25,449 nt of DNA from a virus (taxonomy: Duplodnaviria; Caudoviricetes): positions 1-25,449 of IMG/VR virus record IMGVR_UViG_3300032266_000268. The stretch is one strand, 5' to 3'. The notes under the pieces are model-generated. The model saw only the letters and a program-made list of their open reading frames with translations, was not told the DNA's origin and did no database searches. This document shows positions 1 through 7,486 of the stretch, piece after piece; the stretch's first letter is position 1, and the number at the start of each line of letters is the position of its first letter. A program made the translations under genes and the position numbers.

Positions 1-29
1 TTCTTGCCAGACGAAAACCTATTGCCCAT
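1..29 (-). CDS. 5' end of next late gene (partial, MGNRFSSGK...), runs off the window
   Basis: ATG at 29-27 directly abuts the TAA of the 30..962 gene (TAAATG); only 9 codons visible. Confidence 0.65.
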
Positions 30-962
30 TTACGGACCATACCCAATAAACATCTGGCGTGGCACCAAGCGCAAAGAAGCTTTCTCATGGTCTTCCTGTG
101 CAGCCAACTCCCAAGCTTCGTCGTACTGCATCTTCAACACATCAAGGCGCTGCATTCCATCTGGCACTTTTAACGCCACGTAGTACGCTAGCCCCGCAGC
201 CATACAGGGAATAAACCGAAACGGAACGTCCATGACGTTGACACCACCGCCAGCATCTTGCGTGCGACGCATACGCCAGTAAACAAACTGATATGTAGAT
301 GCATTATCTGGCGTAGGCCAGACAGTAACCGCCGGGGTCTGTTGCCAATAAACTGTTGCGCCTGCCGTGTGTGTCACCGCCGTTGTGTCTTGTTGCGCAC
401 GGAAGCAGCTATACAACGTGTTACCAATAATGTAGCCGTAGTTGATGATCTCTGAATCGATCTTTACAAACCCAGCAGCCGGCAGATTTGCAGCCGAACT
501 CACCGTGATTGTCGTGGCTGTACTACTGATTGTTGTGCTCAGCGTGGCTGAAACCGGCGTTGTCTGTCCGTTATAGCGCTGAACCCAGACTTGAATAGGC
601 CGACCTTGCGACAGTTTGTTTGGCAGCGTAGCGTACGTTGATACGCTGATGCGGGTGATCGTCAGATCTGATTGGTTAGATGTGCTGTTTGCGTTTGTGC
701 GGATTACGTGCTCAAGCAAATCTACCGTATCGTTAGGCAGCGGGTATGTGTTCTGCCCCTGCACCATATTGATCGTGCCCTGCTCAATCGTCCACAAATT
801 AATGCCTCGGTTTGCCCAGTCAGCAAACATGAGGTTGAGCGACCGCCTAGCGGTGCGCAGATCGTAGCCCGTACGTAACTCCGAGCCAGCACGCTCAAAA
901 GCTTCCTCGACCAGTTCAGATAGGTCGAGATTAAATGTGGTTTGACCGGAGGTGTTTGCCAT
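30..962 (-). CDS. putative head-tail adaptor / tail tubular (gatekeeper-like) virion protein, 310 aa
   Basis: Helical N-terminus (ELVEEAFERAG...ARRSLNLMFADWANRG), beta core with VWPTPD, helical C-terminus (GLAYYVA); located downstream in the structural operon. Confidence 0.6.
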   Translation of the reverse strand: MANTSGQTTFNLDLSELVEEAFERAGSELRTGYDLRTARRSLNLMFADWANRGINLWTIEQGTINMVQGQNTYPLPNDTVDLLEHVIRTNANSTSNQSDLTITRISVSTYATLPNKLSQGRPIQVWVQRYNGQTTPVSATLSTTISSTATTITVSSAANLPAAGFVKIDSEIINYGYIIGNTLYSCFRAQQDTTAVTHTAGATVYWQQTPAVTVWPTPDNASTYQFVYWRMRRTQDAGGGVNVMDVPFRFIPCMAAGLAYYVALKVPDGMQRLDVLKMQYDEAWELAAQEDHEKASLRLVPRQMFIGYGP

Positions 963-964
963 AA

Positions 965-1519
965 TTATGATGGGCGCGGATACTGCTCACGCAGCAAAGC
1001 CAAAAGTCCCTCGGATGCCGGCATTATCCGTTTTTGCGTTGGCTGTTGCGAGATCTGCGTTGGTGGCTGCCCCATTGGGGTGTATTGCTGTGGCTGCTGC
1101 GACTGTGGGCCATACGGATTCTGAAACTGCGGCATAAATTGTGGTTGCGCCACATTAGGTCCACCCGGCATTTGACCGTACGTCCTACCCTGCTGATTTA
1201 TATTCAGTGGTGCGGAAGCCTGCTGCCCAAACTGTGTTTGTGGTTGGAACGTCAATCCCGGCGTCATGAAAGGGGTAGGGGTGAACTGGCTACCTGTGGC
1301 GGGATTTGCGTAAGATGAAGGCGGACCAAATGTAGAAAGAATGGGGTTTGCGCCACCAACAGGCATTCCACCAGTCCCAGTAACTGGGGGGTTAGAACCC
1401 GTGCCGCCTACATTTATTGGCCCGGGCGCTGGCTTAGCGCCGGGCGAGCCATACTCAACCCACTGCGGAGCTACGTCGTTTGAATAGTCCCAATAACCGG
1501 TGCTGAAGTCGTTAATCAT
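965..1519 (-). CDS. hypothetical Pro/Gln/Gly-rich, probably disordered protein, 184 aa
   Basis: Fills the gap exactly, with a TAATG overlap at 1519 and 2 nt to the next ATG; low-complexity composition. Confidence 0.7.
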   Translation of the reverse strand: MINDFSTGYWDYSNDVAPQWVEYGSPGAKPAPGPINVGGTGSNPPVTGTGGMPVGGANPILSTFGPPSSYANPATGSQFTPTPFMTPGLTFQPQTQFGQQASAPLNINQQGRTYGQMPGGPNVAQPQFMPQFQNPYGPQSQQPQQYTPMGQPPTQISQQPTQKRIMPASEGLLALLREQYPRPS

Positions 1520-1752
1520 TATCTAAATCTCGCCGTTTTTTTCGCAATCGTTTTGGGCTGCGCTACAAACTGTTTGCCGGTTTTTTTGCCTTCCCGCTTG
1601 GCTTTGGTCGTTGCCGCATACTCAGAAGGACTAAGACTTGCAATCGCCTTCTCAGGCAAATATCTTTCTCCCGTCTTACTTGACGATTTCCCAGACTTGG
1701 TGCGCCATTTCTGGTCGCCCCAATCTTTAAGCGATTGCTGAGGACCTTTCAT
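1519..1752 (-). CDS. small basic protein, DUF5872-like C-terminal half, 77 aa
   Basis: QQSLKDWGDQKWRTKSG...GERYLPEKA...KQFVAQPK motifs; coupled to both neighbours. Confidence 0.75.
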   Translation of the reverse strand: MKGPQQSLKDWGDQKWRTKSGKSSSKTGERYLPEKAIASLSPSEYAATTKAKREGKKTGKQFVAQPKTIAKKTARFR

Positions 1753-1874
1753 TCAAAATCTTCAGCAGTCAATCCAGCTTCTTCACGGGCTAAGTCTTCT
1801 AACTCTTCGTATGCGCCACACGTGCATGGCCCATCTTCGTTCAAAGCGCAGTCTTCCGCATGACCTTTAATCAC
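1749..1874 (-). CDS. 41-aa acidic microprotein with H-x3-C-x7-C-x-C motif (absent from ORF track)
   Basis: GTG at 1874 preceded by GGAGGT; translates as MIKGHAEDCALNEDGPCTCGAYEELEDLAREEAGLTAEDFE; TGA overlaps the next ATG (ATGA); fills the intergenic gap exactly. Confidence 0.7.
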   Translation of the reverse strand: MIKGHAEDCALNEDGPCTCGAYEELEDLAREEAGLTAEDFE

Positions 1875-2142
1875 GATAACCTCCACCAGCAGCTTTATAT
1901 TTTTTGGCAACAAGCTGAGCTTTGCGCGCGGACCACTGTCCTGCGCCTGTACCTTGCGTTGCTGCCGCCTTTACCTGAGACACAATTCGTTTACGAAGAC
2001 TTGGCTTCGTGTAGTTACCTGCTGCATTAACCTTGCCGCCTTCTTTGTATTGCGTGAAGTCGGTGTCGTCGCGGCGTGCCTTGACCTTCGGTCCGGGCAT
2101 CTTTTTGGGATTGATATCCCCCATGCCGCGACTGGTTCTCAT
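1867..2142 (-). CDS. small basic protein with DUF5872-like N-terminal half, 91 aa
   Basis: NYTKPSLR...GQWSARKAQLVAKKYKAAGGGY motif; ATGA overlap with the upstream gene. Confidence 0.75.
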   Translation of the reverse strand: MRTSRGMGDINPKKMPGPKVKARRDDTDFTQYKEGGKVNAAGNYTKPSLRKRIVSQVKAAATQGTGAGQWSARKAQLVAKKYKAAGGGYRD

Positions 2143-2489
2143 ACAAACCGACCCTTAGTTTTACCCTTGGCGGCGCAGCCATCAGCACGTTTGGACGCAG
2201 AAGAAACAGAACCGCCCTTAGCGTGCTTCTTAACTTTACCTCCGCGTTTCATTCCCGAAGGTTCCTCGCCCGCAAGCGCCGCTTGTTCGGCTCTTTGCTT
2301 AAGCATTTTTGCTTGCAGGTTATCTGCCAGCGCAGCATTAACCGCAGACGAAGCATCCGAAGAAGCCGCCTGACTCTCTGCAAGTTTTTGAGGCAACACG
2401 CCAAGCATCCCAGAACCTGCCGCGCCTTTAATAGCGTTGATTACTTCAGGAGTAATCGCCGCGCCAAGCATACCTTTTAAAAAACCCAT
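2139..2489 (-). CDS. small Ala/Lys-rich hypothetical protein with xxxGG motifs, 116 aa
   Basis: Operon packing; C-terminal RADGCAAKGKTKG motif shared with the neighbouring gene. Confidence 0.7.
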   Translation of the reverse strand: MGFLKGMLGAAITPEVINAIKGAAGSGMLGVLPQKLAESQAASSDASSAVNAALADNLQAKMLKQRAEQAALAGEEPSGMKRGGKVKKHAKGGSVSSASKRADGCAAKGKTKGRFV

Positions 2490-2491
2490 GA

Positions 2492-2863
2492 TTAGCAGAC
2501 TCCGCCTTTGCTGAGCAGTTTACCCTTGGTCTTGCCTTTCTGTGCGACACCGTCAGCACGCGAAGAAGCAGCTCCGCCAGCAACCATTTTTTTGGTTGCG
2601 CCGCCCTTCTTCATACCCATCATCTCAGCTTTCTCATGTTTCATCATGGATGCTGGAGCGCCCTTCTTTTTCATGAAAGCCACTTCTTTACCAACCATTG
2701 CTTTTGACTCAGCCATGTCACCACCTTTTGAAAATTTACGACCTTTATCAGCCGCTGAAAAGTCCTTGCCCACGGACTGAGGGACGCCAACTTTCTTGGC
2801 AAAACTGGGGCTGTGGGCTACAGCCTCCATGAAATTGTGTTGGGATTTTGAACGACTAGGCAT
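2492..2863 (-). CDS. small Lys/Met-rich hypothetical protein with four xxxGG motifs, 123 aa
   Basis: Operon packing; RADGVAQKGKTKG motif; possible in-frame internal start at 2716 (AAAGGTGGTGAC-ATG). Confidence 0.75.
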   Translation of the reverse strand: MPSRSKSQHNFMEAVAHSPSFAKKVGVPQSVGKDFSAADKGRKFSKGGDMAESKAMVGKEVAFMKKKGAPASMMKHEKAEMMGMKKGGATKKMVAGGAASSRADGVAQKGKTKGKLLSKGGVC

Positions 2864-3101
2864 GCTTCTCTACCAGCCGGTCGATCTTAGCTTCAAGCCG
2901 GTCAAGCCGATCAAAGATGCGATTGATGTCCGCGTCTAACTGTGTCTTGGTTACGTACTCTTTGGCAACTTCTTCGCGGGTCTTGTTGATCAGTACTTGA
3001 AGGCGCTTTACCTCGTCATACATGCTCTTGAGGAAAAACCCAACAACGCTGACACCTACCGAAAGCACAGCGTTCCAGATAGTGTGTTCCATATCCATCA
3101 C
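2856..3101 (-). CDS. single-TM plus coiled-coil small membrane protein (holin-like or accessory), 81 aa
   Basis: Hydrophobic IWNAVLSVGVSVVGFFL followed by heptad-rich C-terminus (FDRLDRLEAKIDRL). Confidence 0.65.
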   Translation of the reverse strand: MMDMEHTIWNAVLSVGVSVVGFFLKSMYDEVKRLQVLINKTREEVAKEYVTKTQLDADINRIFDRLDRLEAKIDRLVEKHA

Positions 3102-3505
3102 CCGTTAACCGTTAAATACTTGTCCCACTCAGGGGATTCTGCGCTTGCGAGTAAGTACTGTGCTGCAAATTCAAGTAATAACGGATCATCACGGAAATGG
3201 CCCAAACCGCGATTGCAGTGGTTACACAACATTCCGCGAATTTTACCAGCTTCATGATCGTGGTCTACAACAAGTTTTTCTTCACTGCCGCAAATAACGC
3301 ACTGCGTTACGGAACTCCTCAACTCATTCAAGTTTTCGTCAGAAATAAACTCTCTGTATATACCACGGCAATTTTTGTTCCTGTATTCTGCACGACATGC
3401 ACGGCACCAACTATCTAAGCCATTCTTTTTTCCGTTGTGCAGCGGGAACGCTTCTGGCGTTGCGGGTTTTTCAACTTTACACCGGGTACAAGTCAGCATG
3501 CCCAT
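3098..3505 (-). CDS. endonuclease VII-family (His-Me finger) nuclease, likely free-standing homing endonuclease
   Basis: CVICG...VDHDH...IRGMLCNHCNRGLGHFRDD endonuclease VII signature; N-terminal CTRC/CRAC zinc finger; start at 3505 or 3499. Confidence 0.85.
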   Translation of the reverse strand: MGMLTCTRCKVEKPATPEAFPLHNGKKNGLDSWCRACRAEYRNKNCRGIYREFISDENLNELRSSVTQCVICGSEEKLVVDHDHEAGKIRGMLCNHCNRGLGHFRDDPLLLEFAAQYLLASAESPEWDKYLTVNG

Positions 3506-3747
3506 TTTCGCCTCGCCTTATTCAAACGGCTTTCGGGGTCCTTCGCGGCAGAAGGAAACATCTTCGCTTGGCCAGCCGATCTCGCACAGAAGCTCTTCTT
3601 TCTCCCTGCGTCTGCGGTCGTTTTTGGACTCGGTGCGGGAGGTTTTAGATTCATCCCCTGTGCTTTTGCCGACGCCCGCCCCTTCGCGTTCAGGCCCCCC
3701 TTGGGGTCCTTCCCTTCTGCTCTTTGCCATGCAGGAGATTTAGCCAT
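3493..3747 (-). CDS. conserved small basic phage protein (DUF6321-like), 84 aa
   Basis: MAKSPAWQRAEGKDPKGGLNAKGRAS...RKKSFCAR...SRLNKARRKWAC; start reassigned to ATG 3747, which overlaps the upstream stop. Confidence 0.75.
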   Translation of the reverse strand: MAKSPAWQRAEGKDPKGGLNAKGRASAKAQGMNLKPPAPSPKTTADAGRKKSFCARSAGQAKMFPSAAKDPESRLNKARRKWAC

Positions 3748-4165
3748 TTTGTTTCGGCCACGTAATGTTAAACGGGTCGGGCTGTTTGGTGATATCGCGT
3801 AATGCCTGACGATACGTTGCCCATGCTGTTTTGTCAACTGGAACGTCTGCTACCTGCGTCCAATCCGTATCTTTCAACATCTGGTTACGCTGGCTACGGA
3901 TGGCGTTCCACTGGGTATCAACCCTTGCCTGAAGTTCTTCCGCCGTCAGAGGTTCTACGTTAACCAAGCTACACATCCCCTCATGCAGATGCGGAGCAGC
4001 AGCCACAAGTTTCTCGGTCTTGTAGTCGTGGTCCTTCCACACGGAAATAACGTAGTAACCCTGTTCCGCAATCCAATCAAGCGTTGGTCCACGGTCACCA
4101 AACGAAGTATTGGGGAACCACTCTGTGTGGTCCTTGATGATGAGTTCTGAGTTGGCAAGTTGCAT
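3740..4165 (-). CDS. tail fibre assembly chaperone, 141 aa
   Basis: C-terminal WNAIRSQRNQMLKDTDWTQ..D...WATYRQALRDIT..P....WP signature; directly follows the fibre gene. Confidence 0.85.
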   Translation of the reverse strand: MQLANSELIIKDHTEWFPNTSFGDRGPTLDWIAEQGYYVISVWKDHDYKTEKLVAAAPHLHEGMCSLVNVEPLTAEELQARVDTQWNAIRSQRNQMLKDTDWTQVADVPVDKTAWATYRQALRDITKQPDPFNITWPKQNG

Positions 4166-4167
4166 AT

Positions 4168-6192
4168 TTACCTCGTTGGGAACGCGGCTGTTGGCGGGGT
4201 AAAGTTCGCGGTATAACGGGCAATACCTTTTGTAATTCTGAAATCTTGAATGTACCCAGTAAAGAAAGAAGTTGGAGTGGTTGTACCCGTATATCTTCCT
4301 GCGCCAATTACTGGTGTTGTATCTGTCAAGTTGCCCATTCCAGTAGATGTTCCGGCAGACGTACCATTAATATATAACGTCGTAGTACCAGCAGACCTAA
4401 CAACAGCGACATGAGTCCATAAATTTAAATATGTTGTGCTCGAACTCGTAATAAGAGCGGCTGCTCCTGTATAAACTCTTATTGAACTTGTAGTGAATGC
4501 TGTCAATGTAAACCCAGTGGTCCCGCTTCCGCTTGCTCTTCCATCGTATATCGCCATATCGCTTGCGGCGGTTGCATAAATCCAGCACTCTACTGTAAAG
4601 TTTCCCGTGGCATCATTTGCACCCAACGCAAACAAAGGGTTGCTTGCTTGAGACAAGTAGTCCGTAGTTCCATTAAACTTCATGCTCGTTGGAGACCACT
4701 TGAACTGCGTAGTGCTGGCTTGTGCGCTACCTACCGTTACTTCGTTGTTTAGCACCGCAGCGTCGTAGATTCCTGCGTTAGTGAAGTTGGTTAGAAGACT
4801 GGTGTTGGTGATTGCTGTTACTGGTGCGGTCGGTGGGGTAAATCCGGTTGTAGCATATACCGCAGTTCCATTAACTATTCGCAGGTTGCTTGTGTAACCA
4901 ACTGTGCCATAACCGGCAAGATTACTATCTTTTGAGCCGTTTATATAAACGGTGCTTGACCCGCCGGTTATTGTTCCGCTAATAGTTGCTGTAATTGAGT
5001 CAACCACGCCATTAACAAAAGACCTGACTGTGGACCCATTTCTTTGTAGAACTACATGAGACCATGTATTTGAAGGAACACGTATTCCAAAATTATTATT
5101 TGAGCCGTTGTAAAAAGTTAAAACCCAGCCGGCTGGTGAACTAATGTAATTTACTAACTGCCATATCCAAGATGTTGCAGTTGCTCCAGCAGTTCTAGAA
5201 TCTAGAATACCCCAACTACTTGTTAAAGTTGTATCCGTTGGATATACCCACGCTTCAAACGTAAAGTCCCCAGTAAACGTTGTTATAGCCGCTACACTTG
5301 TTGCCGTAAGTGTATCCGTCTTTGTCCCGTTGTATATGCTTCCACCATACAGCGCAGTAGTGTACGAAGCGGTTGGTGAAAACGGTTGGAAGGGTTGGAC
5401 TTTAGGAAGGCCACCCAAAGTAAAAGAAAAGTTATTGGTACTATTATCTTTAAATCTGTTGCTTTGGTGAGTTAACAAAGCGGTGTTTGTTATTGCGGTG
5501 AGAGGAGTTGTTGGCGGGGTGAATGCGCCTGTGTAGACTGCAGTTCCCATTACAACACGCGCATTTGATATATAGCCAAAATAATCGGAAGCAAAAGAAC
5601 CTGTGTTGCCACCAAAAAATATAGTTGTGTTTGCGTTTACCCAACTAACAGTCCCAGACATAATAGACACACCGTTCAAATAAACGGTAGTTGTACTACT
5701 ATTTTTGACTATGGCAATGTGTTGCCAAGCGTAGAGAGTTGGCACAACACTTGAAGATAATACGTTTGAACCTCCAAACCCATTAATCGCAAATGCGTTA
5801 GAAGTCCCAGACGGTAATAGACCGTAAACAGTTCCGGATGATGGTGTAACTGTAATGTAACGAGCGCTACCACCACTTACAGATGAAGAATAAAACCACG
5901 CTTCAATTGTCCAATTTCCAGCAGAGAGATTGAACACGGAACTTTGCGGGGGAGCAACGGAATCTCCGCTTCCAAAATAAGTACCCCAGTACCCTTCAGG
6001 CCAATACGGAGTCACACTTCCCTGCGTTGGGGTGCCGCTACGGGTCAAGGTGTAGTTGTTAGTGCTGGAATCAAGGAACGTGTTGTTCTGTTGCCCGTTA
6101 GTTGTAGTCGTTTCCAACAGCAACGGAACATACGGAAAGTACGGGTCCGTAGCAGCAACTGCTCGGCGGCCTGATTTAGATGCAGCAAACAT
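4168..6192 (-). CDS. tail fibre / receptor-binding protein with three LamG (ConA-like lectin) domains, 674 aa
   Basis: Three repeats of (W/F)T(I/F/V)E.W.Y ... W.H(I/V)...(R/K)......(Y/F).NG ... GY....R(I/V)..G.A.Y...FTPPT. Confidence 0.88.
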   Translation of the reverse strand: MFAASKSGRRAVAATDPYFPYVPLLLETTTTNGQQNNTFLDSSTNNYTLTRSGTPTQGSVTPYWPEGYWGTYFGSGDSVAPPQSSVFNLSAGNWTIEAWFYSSSVSGGSARYITVTPSSGTVYGLLPSGTSNAFAINGFGGSNVLSSSVVPTLYAWQHIAIVKNSSTTTVYLNGVSIMSGTVSWVNANTTIFFGGNTGSFASDYFGYISNARVVMGTAVYTGAFTPPTTPLTAITNTALLTHQSNRFKDNSTNNFSFTLGGLPKVQPFQPFSPTASYTTALYGGSIYNGTKTDTLTATSVAAITTFTGDFTFEAWVYPTDTTLTSSWGILDSRTAGATATSWIWQLVNYISSPAGWVLTFYNGSNNNFGIRVPSNTWSHVVLQRNGSTVRSFVNGVVDSITATISGTITGGSSTVYINGSKDSNLAGYGTVGYTSNLRIVNGTAVYATTGFTPPTAPVTAITNTSLLTNFTNAGIYDAAVLNNEVTVGSAQASTTQFKWSPTSMKFNGTTDYLSQASNPLFALGANDATGNFTVECWIYATAASDMAIYDGRASGSGTTGFTLTAFTTSSIRVYTGAAALITSSSTTYLNLWTHVAVVRSAGTTTLYINGTSAGTSTGMGNLTDTTPVIGAGRYTGTTTPTSFFTGYIQDFRITKGIARYTANFTPPTAAFPTR

Positions 6193-6773
6193 TATGTGGT
6201 TTCCATGAGTTTGCGATTATCCCAGTATCTCTTTCTAGCCGCAGCCATTTTTTGTTTTGTTTCTTCCGAATGTTTCTTTCCCGTCATCCGCCCACCTTGC
6301 AATCCTGTCAAAGCGGCTGAAATTTTTTGACGAACATCCGGTCTACGCGAAGGATTATCATCTCCAAACATCTTTTTTCTATGGTCACATAGTCCTGCCG
6401 CCCACGCTTTTTTGTTACTTAAAGATTTTTTTTGTAGATTTTCTAGCGTAAACAAATGAGACATATCTTTTGGGGCCATGGTTTTCCCGGCTGTTGTAAA
6501 GTTGCCGTCGCCATTATGCAAATTAAAAGACATTGTGTCTTCTTTTGCGTTTAACGCAATTAAGTATTTGTATTCCAATTCTCTGATGTAAGCCGCTGGC
6601 CCAATAACCAATATTTCTCTTGCCCAATCCGATGGGTTTTCTAGATACATAGGTTTAACGTGGCGCGACGAACAAATATAACCTTCGTTTGGTTTGCAGT
6701 TCTTTGCCGTCCTGCTTCCAACATACCATTTGCCCGTGGACTTTTGCGTTAACTTGTATAAGTAGGGCTGCAT
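6192..6773 (-). CDS. GIY-YIG homing endonuclease with C-terminal NUMOD3-like motifs, 193 aa
   Basis: YLYKLT..STGKWYVGSR (GIY-YIG), later E and N residues, GKKHSEETKQKM NUMOD3; start reassigned to ATG 6773 (TGATG overlap). Confidence 0.88.
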   Translation of the reverse strand: MQPYLYKLTQKSTGKWYVGSRTAKNCKPNEGYICSSRHVKPMYLENPSDWAREILVIGPAAYIRELEYKYLIALNAKEDTMSFNLHNGDGNFTTAGKTMAPKDMSHLFTLENLQKKSLSNKKAWAAGLCDHRKKMFGDDNPSRRPDVRQKISAALTGLQGGRMTGKKHSEETKQKMAAARKRYWDNRKLMETT

Positions 6774-7483
6774 CACGTATACGCCTGTCCAATAGTGGTT
6801 CCAAACCAACTTGTGCCGTTGGAGAAGAACGAATAAATGTCTTTCTTGCTTGCGGTGCTAGTAATCGTCGGAGCGGTAGCCGAAGGCCACGAAACCGTAG
6901 ACCAAGTGACCGTGCGGCTTCCTGTAGCGTCCTGAGACAAGATAATGATGAACGATTTACCCGCTACCGCAGTAGGCATCGTAATCGTTGCATTACCCGT
7001 CAGCGTCAAGTTCTGAACCGTACCGTTTGCCAAGTCCACAGTAATCGCTGTGCTTGTGTTTGCCGTGTACAAAGTTTCAACGTAGTTTGTAACCGTTGGG
7101 TTGGTTAGCGTCTTGTTGGTAAATGTCTCTGTTCCCGCTAACGTCGCAAGCGTTCCCGTCGTAGGCAACGTAACCGTGGTTGTGCCGGAAACAGTAATCG
7201 TTGTGCCAAACGCACCAGAAATTGTAATTGTGCTGGATGCGTTGTTGGCTACGCCCGTGCCGCCGTTAGCAGCGGGGAGAATACCCGTCACCCCAGTCGT
7301 AAGCGGAAGCCCCGTGCCGTTCGTCAGAATAATTGCCGAAGGCGTTCCTAAGTCACCCCCGCTGATAAGCAGCGTCCCGGTTGCATCCGGCAAGGTAATA
7401 GTAGGAGTGCCAGCAGTTGCAGCGGCCTGTAGCGTTTGTGTACCAGCACCACTTGCGTTGCCTTGAAGTTTGATTGAACTCAT
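6773..7483 (-). CDS. tail fibre protein, 236 aa
   Basis: Thr/Gly-rich; TITLPDATGTL, NGGTG, TFTNKTLTNP fibre motifs; C-terminal beta domain (QDATGSRTVTW...APTIT...KKDIYSF). Confidence 0.78.
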   Translation of the reverse strand: MSSIKLQGNASGAGTQTLQAAATAGTPTITLPDATGTLLISGGDLGTPSAIILTNGTGLPLTTGVTGILPAANGGTGVANNASSTITISGAFGTTITVSGTTTVTLPTTGTLATLAGTETFTNKTLTNPTVTNYVETLYTANTSTAITVDLANGTVQNLTLTGNATITMPTAVAGKSFIIILSQDATGSRTVTWSTVSWPSATAPTITSTASKKDIYSFFSNGTSWFGTTIGQAYT

Positions 7484-7486
7484 GTT

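Noticed and set aside
6192-6773. Group I intron housing the GIY-YIG ORF
   Set aside because: There are no non-coding flanks for an intron core, and both neighbouring genes appear complete
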